A DNA stretch of 59,595 bases, the filler included, from Basidiobolus ranarum (Eukaryota), in the NCBI GenBank assembly GCA_040143965.1. It is 10 parts of 10 records of this genome, joined end to end, with 100 filler letters (N's around TTAATTAATTAA, not from the genome) between each part and the next. Parts side by side here need not be neighbours in the genome. Positions count along the whole stretch, not along the records: positions 23,919 to 29,791 come from JASJQH010008354.1; positions 29,892 to 35,759 come from JASJQH010008355.1; positions 35,860 to 41,723 come from JASJQH010008356.1; 7 more parts are not named here. One strand, given 5' to 3'. This document shows positions 26,646 to 39,919 of the stretch, one piece after another. A model generated the notes under the pieces. That model did no database searches and was not told the origin of the DNA. It saw only the letters and a list, made by a program, of their open reading frames with translations. The number at the start of each line of letters is the position of its first letter. The first letter of the stretch is position 1. A program made the position numbers and the translations under genes.

Positions 26646-27316
26646 TCTGAAAGCTGATGGCTTCATTGAATTAAAAAAAGTACGCCAGATCAAGAAAAAT
26701 TGATGTCATTTCCAACCAAAAGTTTAATATGTTCTGAGCTAAAGTCAAAGCGAAACTTTAATTAAAATGAGCAATACACCCTTACATCCAAAGTGCTCGT
26801 GACTATATATACATAGTAAATAAAAGGAAATCTTGATTAAACTGCGATCTGAGTCATTCCAAAGAATCCAGGATTTGTGGCAGTAGGAATAGTTGGTTCT
26901 CCAGGTGTGGCAAGCCGAAGATGAACCGCCAAAGACAATCTTAAGCGAATGACTACACAAAATCACATAACCAGAGGTCGAATTAGTTACAAATTTGATG
27001 ATCAAGGTTCTTGCAATCTGATGTGATAAGCTTTCAGATCGACGATCGCAACTCACATCAGGTAGCATAATCTACATGAAAACGTATTCACGAATTCTAG
27101 AGACTACGATTTGGCCGATTAGCAAGCATCCCTGCTTTCTAAAATAAGAAGGATTTCACGTATGTCCCAGTGATTAGACCTCAAAATCGTAGTGAGTAAG
27201 GTATTGCGTCTTTTTCCCAGCTCCTGATCGGAATCGTCCAAAATTGTAGGTATAAAAGAATCGTTGTTGATATCTCTTTAGTTAAACAGTTTGAACTATT
27301 CTATTCAATTCTTAAC

Positions 27317-28678
27317 ATGAGTGACATGAAAGCAACAGTCCAGTCTTCCACCAATGCCTTCCACATCGAAGGTTACGAGAAGATCACTTACGACTTCAAG
27401 TTCGTCCATGGAATCTTTAACTCGGAGAATGGCGACTTGGCTGAATGCTACAAGAAATGGGGACGTTGCCTTGCCGTTGTTGATCACAATGTCAGTGAGC
27501 ATTATGGTGAGCAGATGGCTGACTACTTCAAGCATTACAATCTCACGCTGAAGGTGTTCTCGGTACACATCGGGGAACAAGGGAAAACCATGTCGACCTT
27601 CTTGTCAATCGTGGATGCGTTCGCGGAGTTCGGACTGGTGAGAAAGGAGCCAGTGCTGGTGATTGGCGGAGGACTTGTTACAGATGTGGCAGGATTTGCA
27701 TGTGCCTCGTATCGTCGCAACTCCAACTTCATCCGTATCCCTACCACATTGATCGGACTAATCGATGCCAGTGTTGCCATCAAGGTAGCCGTCAACCACG
27801 GGAAGTTGAAGAACCGACTTGGAGCATATCATGCACCCATGATGACATTCTTGGACTTCTCCTTCCTCAGAACACTGCCCAAGGCTCAAATTCGGAATGG
27901 GATGGCGGAGTTGATCAAGATATCGGTGGTGTCGAATAAGGAGGTGTTTGATCTGCTTGACAAATATGGGGATGAACTCCTTGAGACCCACTTTGGCCAT
28001 GTGAATGGAACGGAGGAAGTGCGAGCGGCAGCGGACAAGATCAACTATGACGGGATCAAGACAATGCTGGAGTTGGAGGTCCCTAACCTTCACGAAATCG
28101 AGCTCGACCGAGTGATTGCATTCGGACACACATGGTCACCCACACTTGAGCTCACTCCCAAGGTTCCCCTTCGTCACGGCCACGCAATCAACATCGACAT
28201 GGCCTACTCGGTGACCATTGCTCAGAAGCGTGGGTACATCACTGAAGAGGAGCGAGACCGCATCCACAAGTTGATGAGTCGGATCGGGCTCTCTCTCCAC
28301 CACGAGTTATTTGAGATTGAACTCATCTCCAAGGCCACTGAGTCGATTAAGCTCACTCGGGATGGGTTGCTTCGTGCGGCTGTTCCTAAACCCATTGGAC
28401 TCTGCCACTTCATCAACAATCTGTCTCGTGAGGAGATGGAAGTAGCACTATTCGATCACCGTAAACTAGTGAAGAAGTACCCGCGTGGGGGAGATGGTGT
28501 AGATGCATATGTGGATGCCATCGACATGGAGTCAGGTGAGGATCTTCATCATCTACTTAAGCAGAAGACACCCAAGAGTGGGCCAATATTGAAAGTTCTC
28601 TATCAATCATCATCCGACAAGGAGAGGAGCAATGGGTCAGATCAAGTGTCAGTAGATACAGCCACAGACTGCTGCTGA
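27317..28678 (+). CDS. mysA: Desmethyl-4-deoxygadusol synthase (DDGS, MysA-type sedoheptulose-7-phosphate cyclase), intronless
   Basis: DHQS-fold motifs [28 protein letters not shown]-type [45 protein letters not shown]-terminal YPRGGDG. Confidence 0.9.
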   Translation: MSDMKATVQSSTNAFHIEGYEKITYDFKFVHGIFNSENGDLAECYKKWGRCLAVVDHNVSEHYGEQMADYFKHYNLTLKVFSVHIGEQGKTMSTFLSIVDAFAEFGLVRKEPVLVIGGGLVTDVAGFACASYRRNSNFIRIPTTLIGLIDASVAIKVAVNHGKLKNRLGAYHAPMMTFLDFSFLRTLPKAQIRNGMAELIKISVVSNKEVFDLLDKYGDELLETHFGHVNGTEEVRAAADKINYDGIKTMLELEVPNLHEIELDRVIAFGHTWSPTLELTPKVPLRHGHAINIDMAYSVTIAQKRGYITEEERDRIHKLMSRIGLSLHHELFEIELISKATESIKLTRDGLLRAAVPKPIGLCHFINNLSREEMEVALFDHRKLVKKYPRGGDGVDAYVDAIDMESGEDLHHLLKQKTPKSGPILKVLYQSSSDKERSNGSDQVSVDTATDCC

Positions 28679-29791
28679 AGCAAGAGCAAAGGGTGAGTAA
28701 TGGATGTAAACTAAGAATAGTACTGAGCACAGTGAAGAAGAGTGTATAATTGCTGAACTGTATTTGAATTGATGCAATTGAATAAACCAAGTACTCTTTA
28801 ACCATTGATCCAAATCCTCTATTCTGATTATATTACATAATCAATAACGGAATAAGTCATCTATCCTTATTACATTTCAAGCACAGACGACAAATAGAAA
28901 GAGCACAAAAAATATCTGGTTGAAGAGTTTTTTATTTAAATCAATATCTAGTTTTAACTTTTACCACTCCCCCTCCTCCACCTGCAACTCCACCAGATAT
29001 TTATAGCAGGTTTTCGGTGTAGGGGTCAACATTGACTCACTTCTAATTTATTTTCTTTATATTTCAATCAATTACCTAGTATATAACTAAGATATCATTC
29101 ACATTTGCTCGATTGTTCTCGCGATCTTTTGAAATCTAATTGATACAGACTGTATCCTAAATGTTAGTAACCAATGTATAGATTCGTATCATCGTTAGTT
29201 GCACATACCGAAGAAGAGTTGGGAAAGATTTAGACCAGTTGTAGACCATGGGAATAATAGATGTTGATAAGTAGATTTTAAATCTCAATATTTTTCAAAT
29301 TGTACCCATAGCAACTGTATACTAGCTTACGATGCATCAACACTCTGGATTGTGAAATTTCTACCCCTATTTCGAAGCTGAACTCGCTGAATATGAAGCC
29401 TACTTCCTCCTTAGCTGCATTCCAGTGAACGTAATTCAATGCTGTCAATACAACCTAAGGAAGAAGATATTTTACCTGTACGATTTCATATGTAATGAAA
29501 ACAAGGCAATATAAGACTATAAAGAGAAGTGAAAGCCCTTAACGCTTCTGTCAAGAATGTTAAATGTCTTTCAAAAACTCCGCCCTAAATCGAACAATCG
29601 TCTTGAGTATTTGCTAGATCCCGAGTTCAAAGCATCATCTGTCTTTTATTTACCTTCAAGCTCCATCAAGATCGAATCTAGTTAGTATCATTGGTTCATT
29701 CCTCTATGATGCTCTGTTTAAGCTTTAAGTTTTTCAGACAAAACGAGCCTATGAAATGTGAAAATTAACAGTCTCGAAACACCACGATCAG

Positions 29792-29891
29792 NNNNNNNNN
29801 NNNNNNNNNNNNNNNNNNNNNNNNNNNNNNNNNNNTTAATTAATTAANNNNNNNNNNNNNNNNNNNNNNNNNNNNNNNNNNNNNNNNNNNN
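29792..29891. other. Artificial contig spacer
   Basis: N-run with TTAATTAATTAA. Confidence 0.98.
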
Positions 29892-30228
29892 TAAGGAATG
29901 CAGTGGATGTTGGAGCAGATCAGGATATCCTTCCTACATGTTCACCCATGGTTTTGATGTTATGGCTGTCGATAACAATGAACTTCAAAAATTTGAAACA
30001 AAGGAACGAATTATTAATATATTATCGAGAAGATCCACAGTGCACCAAAGAAAATACGCCGTGGTCAATATATGTTCTCTTCACACATGTGTCGAATATT
30101 TTGCTGTAGCACATATGCTTAATCAGCCAGATTTTCGGCTCTTGATGAACATTGGGTGCTGCTCTCGTTTCCTAATGAAACTCCACACAACAAGCCATGC
30201 CCTATGTGTGTGCTATTGTTTGGGATAA
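29892..30228 (+). pseudogene. Degenerate METTL25/Methyltransf_32-like methyltransferase fragment
   Basis: AVDVGA/[frameshift]SGY.SYM..GFDVMAVD (SAM motif I), then SLHTC and LLMNIGCC, matching the LH(T/A)CGDL and xGCCY motifs of that family. Confidence 0.5.
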
Positions 30229-31171
30229 GCAATTCAAACTTCCAAGCTCTGAAAGGATGATCCAATAATGAAAATGACTTAAATACAACTTCTGTAGAGT
30301 ACTCCTTCAAATGCTCAAACTCTACTATAATCAATAGTCATCTAATCCAAATATGATGACGTTTAAAATCATCAATATCTTTTATTATCATGGTTATGAA
30401 TTATTGGTCCAACTACCAAAGGCCAGTAACTTGCATCGCTTAGCTAGTCTTGAGGTTTGTTGTCGCTTAACCTTCGCGTGATTAAATTATACCCCAAAAA
30501 CTGTCTCTAGCGAAACTCTCCGCAGACATAAGCATACACTCCTTCATAAGCGATTTGTAATTTTCTAGGCAATCAAGATTTTGCTGATGCCATTACTCGA
30601 GGCCGCGCCTGTTACCTTGGAGTACTGTGAAGCAGACTTCTTCTATACTCGATCTAATGGTCCCCGAATTATGATATTATATCAACTCTTTGGCAATCGA
30701 GTTGTCTATGGGGCTTGTTATTTTTGATAGTAAACTAATAGAGATTGGGTTAACCATATAACTAAAGCCTGTTGGTGCTGAACTAATGTGTCAAACTCTA
30801 TCAAATTGAGTGCAACTAATCACCTTTCAATTTTAATCAAATCAAATCTATTAGTTTATGATGATAATATATCAAACACCTAAAATGACCACAAAATTCC
30901 ATTTATTAATTGTGTTGTTTATACGAAATCAAACTATCTTCAGCAAGCTTAGTAGCGCGTGAATTTCTTTTGCGAGTCCTAGTTGATTTCTTTAGAAAAA
31001 AAGTTCGGCGAGTTGCACATTGGCGAACAACTCTTTAGAATAAACCTTATATGGAACTAAAGCTCCTACTTATTTTGAATACACGTAACTCCTGAGCATA
31101 CACTTATCTAAGAGATTTGATAAGCCCTTTATTATTTTGTGCGAACGCTCACAGCACTGTAGATATCAAAT

Positions 31172-34100
31172 ATGTTAATTTCAAAACCAGAGTGGATTTC
31201 ACATGAAGGTACTTATAATTCCTTCAGATCATTTTGGACCCTTTGCAAGTTTTGACTCCGATCTCTCCTTGAGTATACCTTGATACGTGTTTTTTGCCAC
31301 ATCTAATCTTAATTCTTTAAAAGACGAGAAGAAGAAGAAAACGAGTATTTTTTCACTTGACTTGCATCCTGATGGTACACGTTTGGCAACCGGTGGTTTA
31401 GGTTTGGATAGTTTTCCAATTCAATTGATATATATCTATGTTTTCCCGAAAACATTGAAGTTTTACTTATCTACTTTTAGACACCAAAATTAAAATATGG
31501 AATATGGAACCTATTCTCAATCTCACAGAAGAGGAAAAACCTGATGTCCCAAGACTATTGTCTACTATGGGCTTGCACAACGGTATACGTTTGTTTCTTT
31601 GCTGACCGACGTAGTACTATAGAAACTCACGAGTTTATTTACATTGTATTAGGAACGGTTTTATGTCTTAGTTGGTCCAACGGCACAGGTCGTTATTTAG
31701 CCTCTGGTTCTGACGACAATATCATTCTCATTTGGGAGCTAGATAGGTAGAATCAGTCTTTTATTATTAGATCTACAAGGATTTTGTGATTAAAATCAGC
31801 GTTGGAAAATATGTAGATCTTCAGATGGGTATGAAAGTGTTCCTTTCGGTAGTTTCGATGGAGTTGGAAATGTGGAACACTGGAAGGCTGCAAGAAGGTT
31901 GGCAGGCCACGAATCTGGTAATTATTCTTCTACAGATTACTTTTAATTCTTGTTAGTTAGTAATATCTCCTTTGATCTTAAATAATTTCAGATGTTACCG
32001 ATCTTTCATGGTCTCCAGACAACCGCTATCTTGCTTCTTGTGGTTTAGATAGTCATGTAATTATCTGGGATACGTTAACTTTTGGTAAACTTTATTGTAA
32101 GCAAATGAGTATGAATATTAGCTAAAGAAACTAACCTTCTATAAATATTCATAGAAAGAGTCAAGAAAATCGGGCAGCATCATGGCTTCGTCAAAGGAGT
32201 TACCTGGGATCCAGTCGGAAAGTATTTGGCCACTCAGGTACTACTCTTATCTTTCAGAAATATTTATCAATTTGCATTCATAAATATGGTTTATTTCTAG
32301 TCCGACGATAAAACGGTAAAAATATGGCGAACCTCAGATTGGTCTTTGGAAAAAAGTATCTCAGACCCATTCATGCAATCTGCTGGATCTACTTTCTTCC
32401 GTCGATTAAGGTAGAACTTGCTATCTCTTTCATAATTGCACATATAATCAACCTTATCGCACTACTTCAGCTGGTCACCCGATGGTTCTCACATTGCAGC
32501 AGCAAATGCAGTCAACGGATCAGTTCCCGTAGCAGCTATTATATCCAGGGACAGTTGGAAATCAGATGTTTCTTTAGTAGGGCACGATGCTGCCGTGGAA
32601 GTAGTGGTATGATTTTATTTAGTTCGTATGGATTCTTAATCAAAATTAATAACTCTTCAAAAAACCATTAACGCACTTAGAAATTTAACCCTATATTGGT
32701 TCATCACAAAGATGCGAACACTGTCCCAAGTTCAAACAAGAAAGACGCATTTCAGGATCTTACATCTATCTGTGCCGTCGGTAGTCAAGATCGAGGAATA
32801 TCAGTATGGATCAACAGAAACGCACGACCTGTAACTGTTGCACAATCTGTATTTCAACATAGTGTACTTGATCTTAGTTGGTGAGGAATATCAACGTTCT
32901 ACGTTCATTTTCTTCGAAATTTAATCTTTTGCTATCAATAGGAGTGGTGATGGACTTATCTTGTGTGGATGCTCTTACGATGGTAGTGTGGCAATCCTTC
33001 AGTTCAATCAAGAAGAGTTTGGGGTACCTTTAAGCAGTGAAGAAAAGGTAATTCTCATTATTTGACTGACATTCAAACACTAGCAATTTATGCTAAGATT
33101 GATGCGATTTGTAGGATATACTATTGGCTAAATATGGCTATAAGAAGAAAGCAGCCATTATTGCTGAGACTCCAGATCAACTTTCCCTAGAAGAAGAAAA
33201 CGCTATTATTAATAAAAACCAAGCATCTAAGCGTATCGCTGATCTTATGGGAGGAGACTCTTCTAAGCCTACATCAACTACCACTCAAAACGGAATTAAC
33301 GAAGTCCCGAAAACACCCACATTCCCCAGAAATACTATTATGGGTCAAAGATTGAAATCTAACAATGAAATTCTCCGTCCATCTGCTGGCTTGACTTCAG
33401 GTTCTGGAGGGGCACCTTCTACACCAGTCCAACAGAAAGTCACTGTTACAAAGGATGGGAGGAAGAGGATACAACCGCAGTTTCTTCGAGGGTATGTCTT
33501 TTATAATTGTTATCATATTTTGTCATTTGTCTCACACATTGTTAGACTGTCAGGTCCCTCTGATTCATCTCCTGCTTTATCGCCAATGACCTCTACCTTA
33601 GTAAGTTGTATTTGCTTCAAGAGGAATCAATTTCTACTTCTAATGTCAATTGTAGCCTCTTACATCCCGTCCAGATTTCGGCTTTACTCGGTCTAGTCTA
33701 GTTATTGGCTCAGAAATAGAAGCTGACTCGGTAACTAGCTGTCTCCCACAAGCTGATATCCCGACAATGGTTATTGGTAACAAGCGAAAAGATCACCATG
33801 AAAGTGGACCTCATTCAAAAAAAGCTAGTCTAAAGGTATTACCTGAATAATACACTTCTATTGATTAAGAGACAGTTTAACACGATTTGATTAACTAGGG
33901 TGATCCCAAGCAAATAGATTCTTGTGGATTACAAATAACTTCTAGCATTGGAAATTCCGTGGTAAAATTGGCAACTCCTAAAATTAAAGCTCATCTAGTG
34001 CGTACTAAAGTTGGGGAGGTTACCCGCACCTTGGAGTGTCATAATGATCTGGAGATGAAAGGTAAAGCATCTGGAATCACGAGCCTCTTTTTGACCCATA

Positions 34101-35397
34101 ATTTCTAATGCTTTGGAATAGAACCATCCAAGATTATATGCACAAAAAAAGGCATAATATCCTGGATTGATTACCTTCCAAATCACGTTGGGCTTCTCGT
34201 AGGAAACTCAATATTCACTGCTGTAGCGTGTGAAGATGGATGCCTATATGTCTATTCTTCCAGTGGAAGACGGTAAACTTTACTATCTCCTGTCACCTCT
34301 GATCCTTTACTGATTCCTACTCCATGAATGTAGTATTTTCCCTTGTATAATGTTGGATTCGCCTTCCTCTTTTTTGGACTGTCATGGCGCCTATTTGATG
34401 TGTATAACCGAGGCTGGAATGCTAAGTGTCTGGTGTGATATATTTGTAATATTTGTACTATGGTTGTGACGATGATTAACAATTTTACTTTAGGAACATT
34501 TTTGAACAACGAGCTATTATATCTGCTGTTTCAGTCGCACCTTTGCTCCTAAATCCTAGCTACCCATATACTTCGGTTGAAGGAATTGTGGCTATCACTA
34601 CCGCTACAGTCCGGCCACAAGGTATTCCAATTATTACGACTAGTGATGGCCATGGATACACTTATCACTGTGATATGGAGATGTGGGTTCGCATAGCGGA
34701 TAAATGGTTCCTTGGATCGGAATTTTGTGGATCGGGAGCTATCGTAACCGAAGAAAATAAAGGTGTACTATCTACCCTTCTACGAGCATCCCTAAAAAAT
34801 GCCGATTTTGACGAAGGAAAAGAGATGATCAGTACTCTAATGAGTAAGAATTACGATGCCCAAAAGGCGATTACCATGGCACACTTAGAAGTAATAATAA
34901 TCATGTTGAGCGTTTTATATACTTTCGCGGAGCTAACATTTTCAAAAAACACTAGACATTTTTGGAATCTTCAAAAATACTAAAATCACCTCAAGAGTAT
35001 CGCTATTGGCTTGTATGCTATGCTAGACGTCTGGCTGATGAAACTGAAGAGGCAAAAATAGAAGAATTATGCCAAGACCTTTTGGGGCCGAGTGAAAGGT
35101 AATTTCATTATATTCATCAGTTTGTTTGACTAAAAGTCTCACTTTACGTGAATTATTCAAGCGCCAAAACATCCGAAAAAAATCTATGGCAATCCAGTAT
35201 ATTGGTATAAACTAGGTTTGGTTTTATTTTGTTTTGTGCCTGTCACTAATTATAATTCTCAAAATTAGGGAATCTCCAAACATGAATTACTTCAAGATAT
35301 CCTTCCAGTGCTATCCAGCAACCGCAGCCTTCTTAAAATTACTTCAGAATACAAAAGAATTTTGGCCAGCCTAGAGCAAACAAGCACAAGCGAGTAA
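31172..35397 (+). CDS. HIR1: Histone chaperone HIRA/Hir1 (WD40 repeats, B-domain, Hira domain), many introns
   Basis: [60 protein letters not shown]-domain [13 protein letters not shown]-terminal [19 protein letters not shown] at 35395-35397. Confidence 0.93.
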
Positions 35398-35759
35398 ACC
35401 AGCAATCACTTTTGTTGCCTTCATGTGAATAGACATCCTTTGATATAATTGGCTTAATAAAACTACTTTCAGCACACTCCTGAATCACGAACTCTTGGTA
35501 CATCAGTAAGTGTTACCAAAAGGCCCAAACAGAGTGGAAATAATCTTGCTTCTCCAACTTACCAAAGTTTCCGTAACTGTAACACTGTCATTCGATCGTT
35601 CCTAGCCCCATCGTGCAACATTAACTGTAATAGTTTGCCACAGCTACTTGGTTCTATCGCTCTCATCTAGGCAACGTGGGCACCATGTGAACACCATCGA
35701 GATCCATCTAGTATAGTTCTTTGTTCATATCACATGTTTTGAACCTTAGAAATGCTGAA

Positions 35760-35859
35760 NNNNNNNNNNNNNNNNNNNNNNNNNNNNNNNNNNNNNNNNN
35801 NNNTTAATTAATTAANNNNNNNNNNNNNNNNNNNNNNNNNNNNNNNNNNNNNNNNNNNN
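35760..35859. other. Artificial contig spacer
   Basis: N-run with TTAATTAATTAA. Confidence 0.98.
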
Positions 35860-38361
35860 CTTGAGATTTTACGATTCAATATTACTGCAATTTACTGGAT
35901 GGGAAATGATTGGACAAATTTCCAATGGTAATCAAACGAGATTCGGCCGTGACTGCACCAGGAAAAGAAAACAACCCTCCAAAAATCTTATCCAATTACA
36001 TCTCGCGATCACAAATAGATGTACTTGACAAGGTACGTTGGTAGACCAAAATAGTGGCGATTTTCAAATTCTCCAATAAACCTTTCTCTCCATGACAAGG
36101 ACAAACAGGACGAGTGTACAGCATACACCTACCAAGAAAAATTCCTGTGGAAATAGATGCGACTCTAATTTATCTTTTTTTAGGTCACCCGACCCTTGGG
36201 AAAAAGCTCGCTTAGAGTTTGGTCCGGATATATCCATCCATAGTGATCACTCTCTTTTAGGTCCGCTCGCTTCATTCATACAATCTTCCCCTTTCTCTTA
36301 TGATGAAATTCCAGTAAATGAGGATGAATCCCCAGAAGGCCTCCCGAACTTGAGAGACCCCCCGGAAGAGTGGTTTGCAAGTAAAAACCAAAATATAGAT
36401 ACTTTTTTTGCTGAGGCTTTCAAGTTACCAAAAGTATACAGTAGTTCTTCACTTTAAGAATAGTATTTTTTGAATCTCTCAAAGCTAATCATATTTTTTT
36501 CACATTGGTTTTCTTAGAATGAACAATCTCAATCACAATGCTCGGAAATCAATTATTCTCCTGTAAGCGAAAAAACTCTATCAAGGAGTTCACACAAAAA
36601 AAAGGCTTATGATGTTGTCGTTCGAGTTCCTGCTACGGAGTTTTACACCAAAGTATATATTATTTTACTAAATTGTTTGAATTTCTACTAATTCAAGATT
36701 AAATTTTAGGAAGAACAGCCATGGCCCACAAGACGGAAGCCTTCCAATGAACTTCCAGAAGATGAATCCATATCCTATATGAAAGCTTCGCATTCAAAAA
36801 AGAAAGTTGGTCACCATACTCGGGTACGGCCTTTCATTTCGGATAATTTCAACAATAGAATAATTGATGATAATATGACTTGATATTTAGCATCGCTCTA
36901 ATAGTCGCAGCTCTAAAAGTGAAAAGGAATCATATACCACTCAAGATGGTCTTCTTAAGGTAATATTGTGTTAAGATTGAACAACCTCTGTATGAAATCA
37001 TCATTAGGAATCTTACTAATCTTATACAAAGTTTTTTGAGAGATCGAATGCATCTGATGGAACAGTTTACCACTTACCACTTCAGGTGATTTATATAATA
37101 CATATCTTTACAAGAACCGATGAACTTACTAGTAGACATTTTCTTCACAACAGGCCACGAAATGTCGTATACAGAGCGAATATACTGATACCGAGGTAAA
37201 ATCTTGCTGCTGATTACAAAGCGCTCATTCCACTAATTCTGAATTTAATTTTAGAAAACATCTTCAAAAAGAATATCATTACATCACAAGCGAAGCCTAC
37301 TAAATCCTGAGCGCATCACTCAAGACTCTTCTTCCATACTGAACACATCTGATAATACTTGCAACTCAAAAAGACATACAAGGAAGACCCGTAGTTGTAA
37401 CTATCTGGACTCTTTCAGGAGCGAGCCTATGACCTCCAGTGAGCCCTGGTCATACGATCTTTCCAAAGATGCTGGCTATCTATCAGCCAATGAAAGAAGA
37501 AGTTTACCCAAGATTCCTATGGATTCAAAATATACCGAGTCAAAGTCGAATTTAGCAAGCCATCGCCAAGATGCCTGTGTGGATTTGACCAACCTTTCTT
37601 TAAAAGTTCAACCAAGAACTCCGACCGTACACTCGAAATCGCATAAATATTTATCAGGTAGAACCGCACGCTCGAATGAAGATGACAAAGAAGTATCAGT
37701 TATTGCCAACACATCACTGCAAGTCCATCCACCTACTCCCATTGTAGATAGAAATTCCAAGTCTCAAGATACATCCACATTGAATGGTATAATTGGTCAC
37801 AAATATATTGAAGAGCAAGATGTGATTGACAACACCAAAGCTTCGTTGCTTGTTCACCCTCCTACACCAGCTGTACATAAAGTTCATAAACCTCAAAGAC
37901 CAAAGAGTTTCGTTCACATCTCAACAGCAAGCCATTTTCAACATGAAAGACCAATTGCTGAAAAAGATCGTTCTCAAGAGGGTCAATTATCTACCCTGAT
38001 GCCGGTCAAGACGTTGAATACTGTGAGAGCCAGACCAAAGTCACACATTGTAAAGCCGGCCTCTTACAGTCATGATTCCAAAAAAGACGCCATCAAAAGC
38101 TTTGACTCTTCGTTAAGATCATATCCACCTACTGCCAGCACAAACGATAACGATAAATGGGAAGAACCTAATCATCAATTGTTGCCCAAGCTCAGCCATC
38201 AGAAACCACCAAAAGTAACAAATACTTACCCAATTACTTGTGAGCTTTCGCAGCAGAAGAAAATCGATTTGTCAGTGGATAAGAGAGCCAAAATGCATGC
38301 ATTATTGCAACACCAAATTCGACGCTATGAGCTTATGCGTCAAGAAGTTCAAATTCGATAG
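35860..38361 (+). CDS. Multi-exon hypothetical protein, 5' truncated, largely low-complexity (S/T/K/P-rich)
   Basis: A series of short exons separated by GT-AG introns (~35930-37255), then a long terminal exon containing ORF 37429-38361; no recognised domain. Confidence 0.6.
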
Positions 38362-38697
38362 CTCAATATCACGCAATGTACATAATTATTTTATTAAAGC
38401 CCATGAATTATTGTTATCTTTATCCCATAAAGTGACACTCTCTTTGATGACGAAGTTGTATAAATTGGATTGGTAGTCATCTGGTTGATCCGGATGCTAC
38501 AAAATAGAGTATACAAATCTGGAATATACTGTGAGAAGCAGAAGTTTATCTTGATTTTTACTATCGACATCACATGTGTACTTGAAGGGAGCAAAATGTA
38601 ATAAAATTTCTCGAGAAAACTGAACTATTGAATACTTGTACATCATAAATAAACTACACTTTAACATTCCAAATTTGTATGTAGATGAGACTTATAT

Positions 38698-39919
38698 CTA
38701 GGAGGAGTTTTCTAATGATTGGCAAACAGGCAATTGTACCCGAAGGCCGTCGTATGCAGGACGATAAAGAATTCCGTCTTGTTGACTGAGCTCGCAGAAT
38801 TCTCGCTCCATATTATAATGATCTAGTCTATGACAAAATCCGGTGAATAGGGTAACTTTGGCTTTAATACGGCGTGCTTCCTCAAGTGCCTCTTGTACCC
38901 CAAAATGTGAGGGATGATTTTCCGCTATAATGGGTGAGATTAGCACACGAAGAGGTCTAACGAAAATACTCTAATAACTCTTACGTTTCAACATATCAAG
39001 AATAAAGACTTCACTTCCTTCGACCTTTTCACGTGTTTCGGGAGGAATATAAGAAACGTCTGAAATATAACTCACGTCTCCAAATCGAAAGCCAAGATTG
39101 ATTAGCGGTTCCCCTTTACTTTTGAATCCGTGATGAACTGTAATAAAACAAATTAAAGCATACCGTGATATAAAATCTAATAAGGCTCAAACTTTACCCT
39201 CTAATGGTACGAACTCAAGTCCTTCTATAACTATTGACTTGTTCTTTTTAATCTCAATAAACTGTAAAGATGGGATGTCACCCCCGCCTGAAAAAAGATT
39301 AATTCAAGATCATTTTCAAGTTAGTATGATGTAGACTTTACCTGTTGCCTTAGTCCTGTCAACCAAGTAAGGGAAAGCATGCTCTACGACTTCCAGAGTT
39401 TCGGAGGAAAGATAAATAGGAATATGGCTTTGGACTCTACCACCAAGTGTCCACTGTCTCAGATCATCTAAGCCGAGGATTGCATCAGCATGGCCGTGAG
39501 TAAGAATGATAGCATCTATTTGTCGGAGTCCGTATTCCACAAAGTACTTGATGGTTGATTCTAAAATCGCCAGGAGTTAATTTCCACGAAAAACAGAGTT
39601 TAGCTCTAGAATTCTTGAATACCATAAAATGTTTTTCCACAATCGATGATGACAGTTCTGTAAATTATTGAATAAATGAATTTGAGGAGGAATCACTGAA
39701 AAACATAAACCAACAATACCTCAAACGTCCATCGGGATGCTCAAACCTAACTAGCAAAGAGGTATTTCGTCTTACATTTTTTTCATGGCCTGGGGTTAAG
39801 GTAGACACACAAGTGCCACAAGACTGGTCAGGGTCGGTTAGACAAGAAACTACTGGGACACAACTTGACGTTCCAGTGCCTAGAAAAATCAAATCTTTAA
39901 TTTTAGGTGAGGTAGTCAT
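38698..39919 (-). CDS. Metallo-beta-lactamase-fold hydrolase (PhnP/YycJ-like), multi-exon
   Basis: LIFLGTGTSS, RRNTSLLV, IIDCGK, LTHGHADAILGLDDLR, SYISDVS, SHF, GFCHRLDH, AYDGL. Confidence 0.88.

Noticed and set aside
27317-28678. Calling the cyclase a shikimate-pathway 3-dehydroquinate synthase or an EEVS
   Set aside because: Fungal DHQS is normally part of pentafunctional [25 protein letters not shown] and the adjacent O-MT fit DDGS. No MT-Ox partner as in the EEVS/gadusol route.
28670-28678. C-terminal CC of DDGS as a Rab-type prenylation signal
   Set aside because: Rab geranylgeranylation requires REP recognition of a Rab fold; likely coincidental
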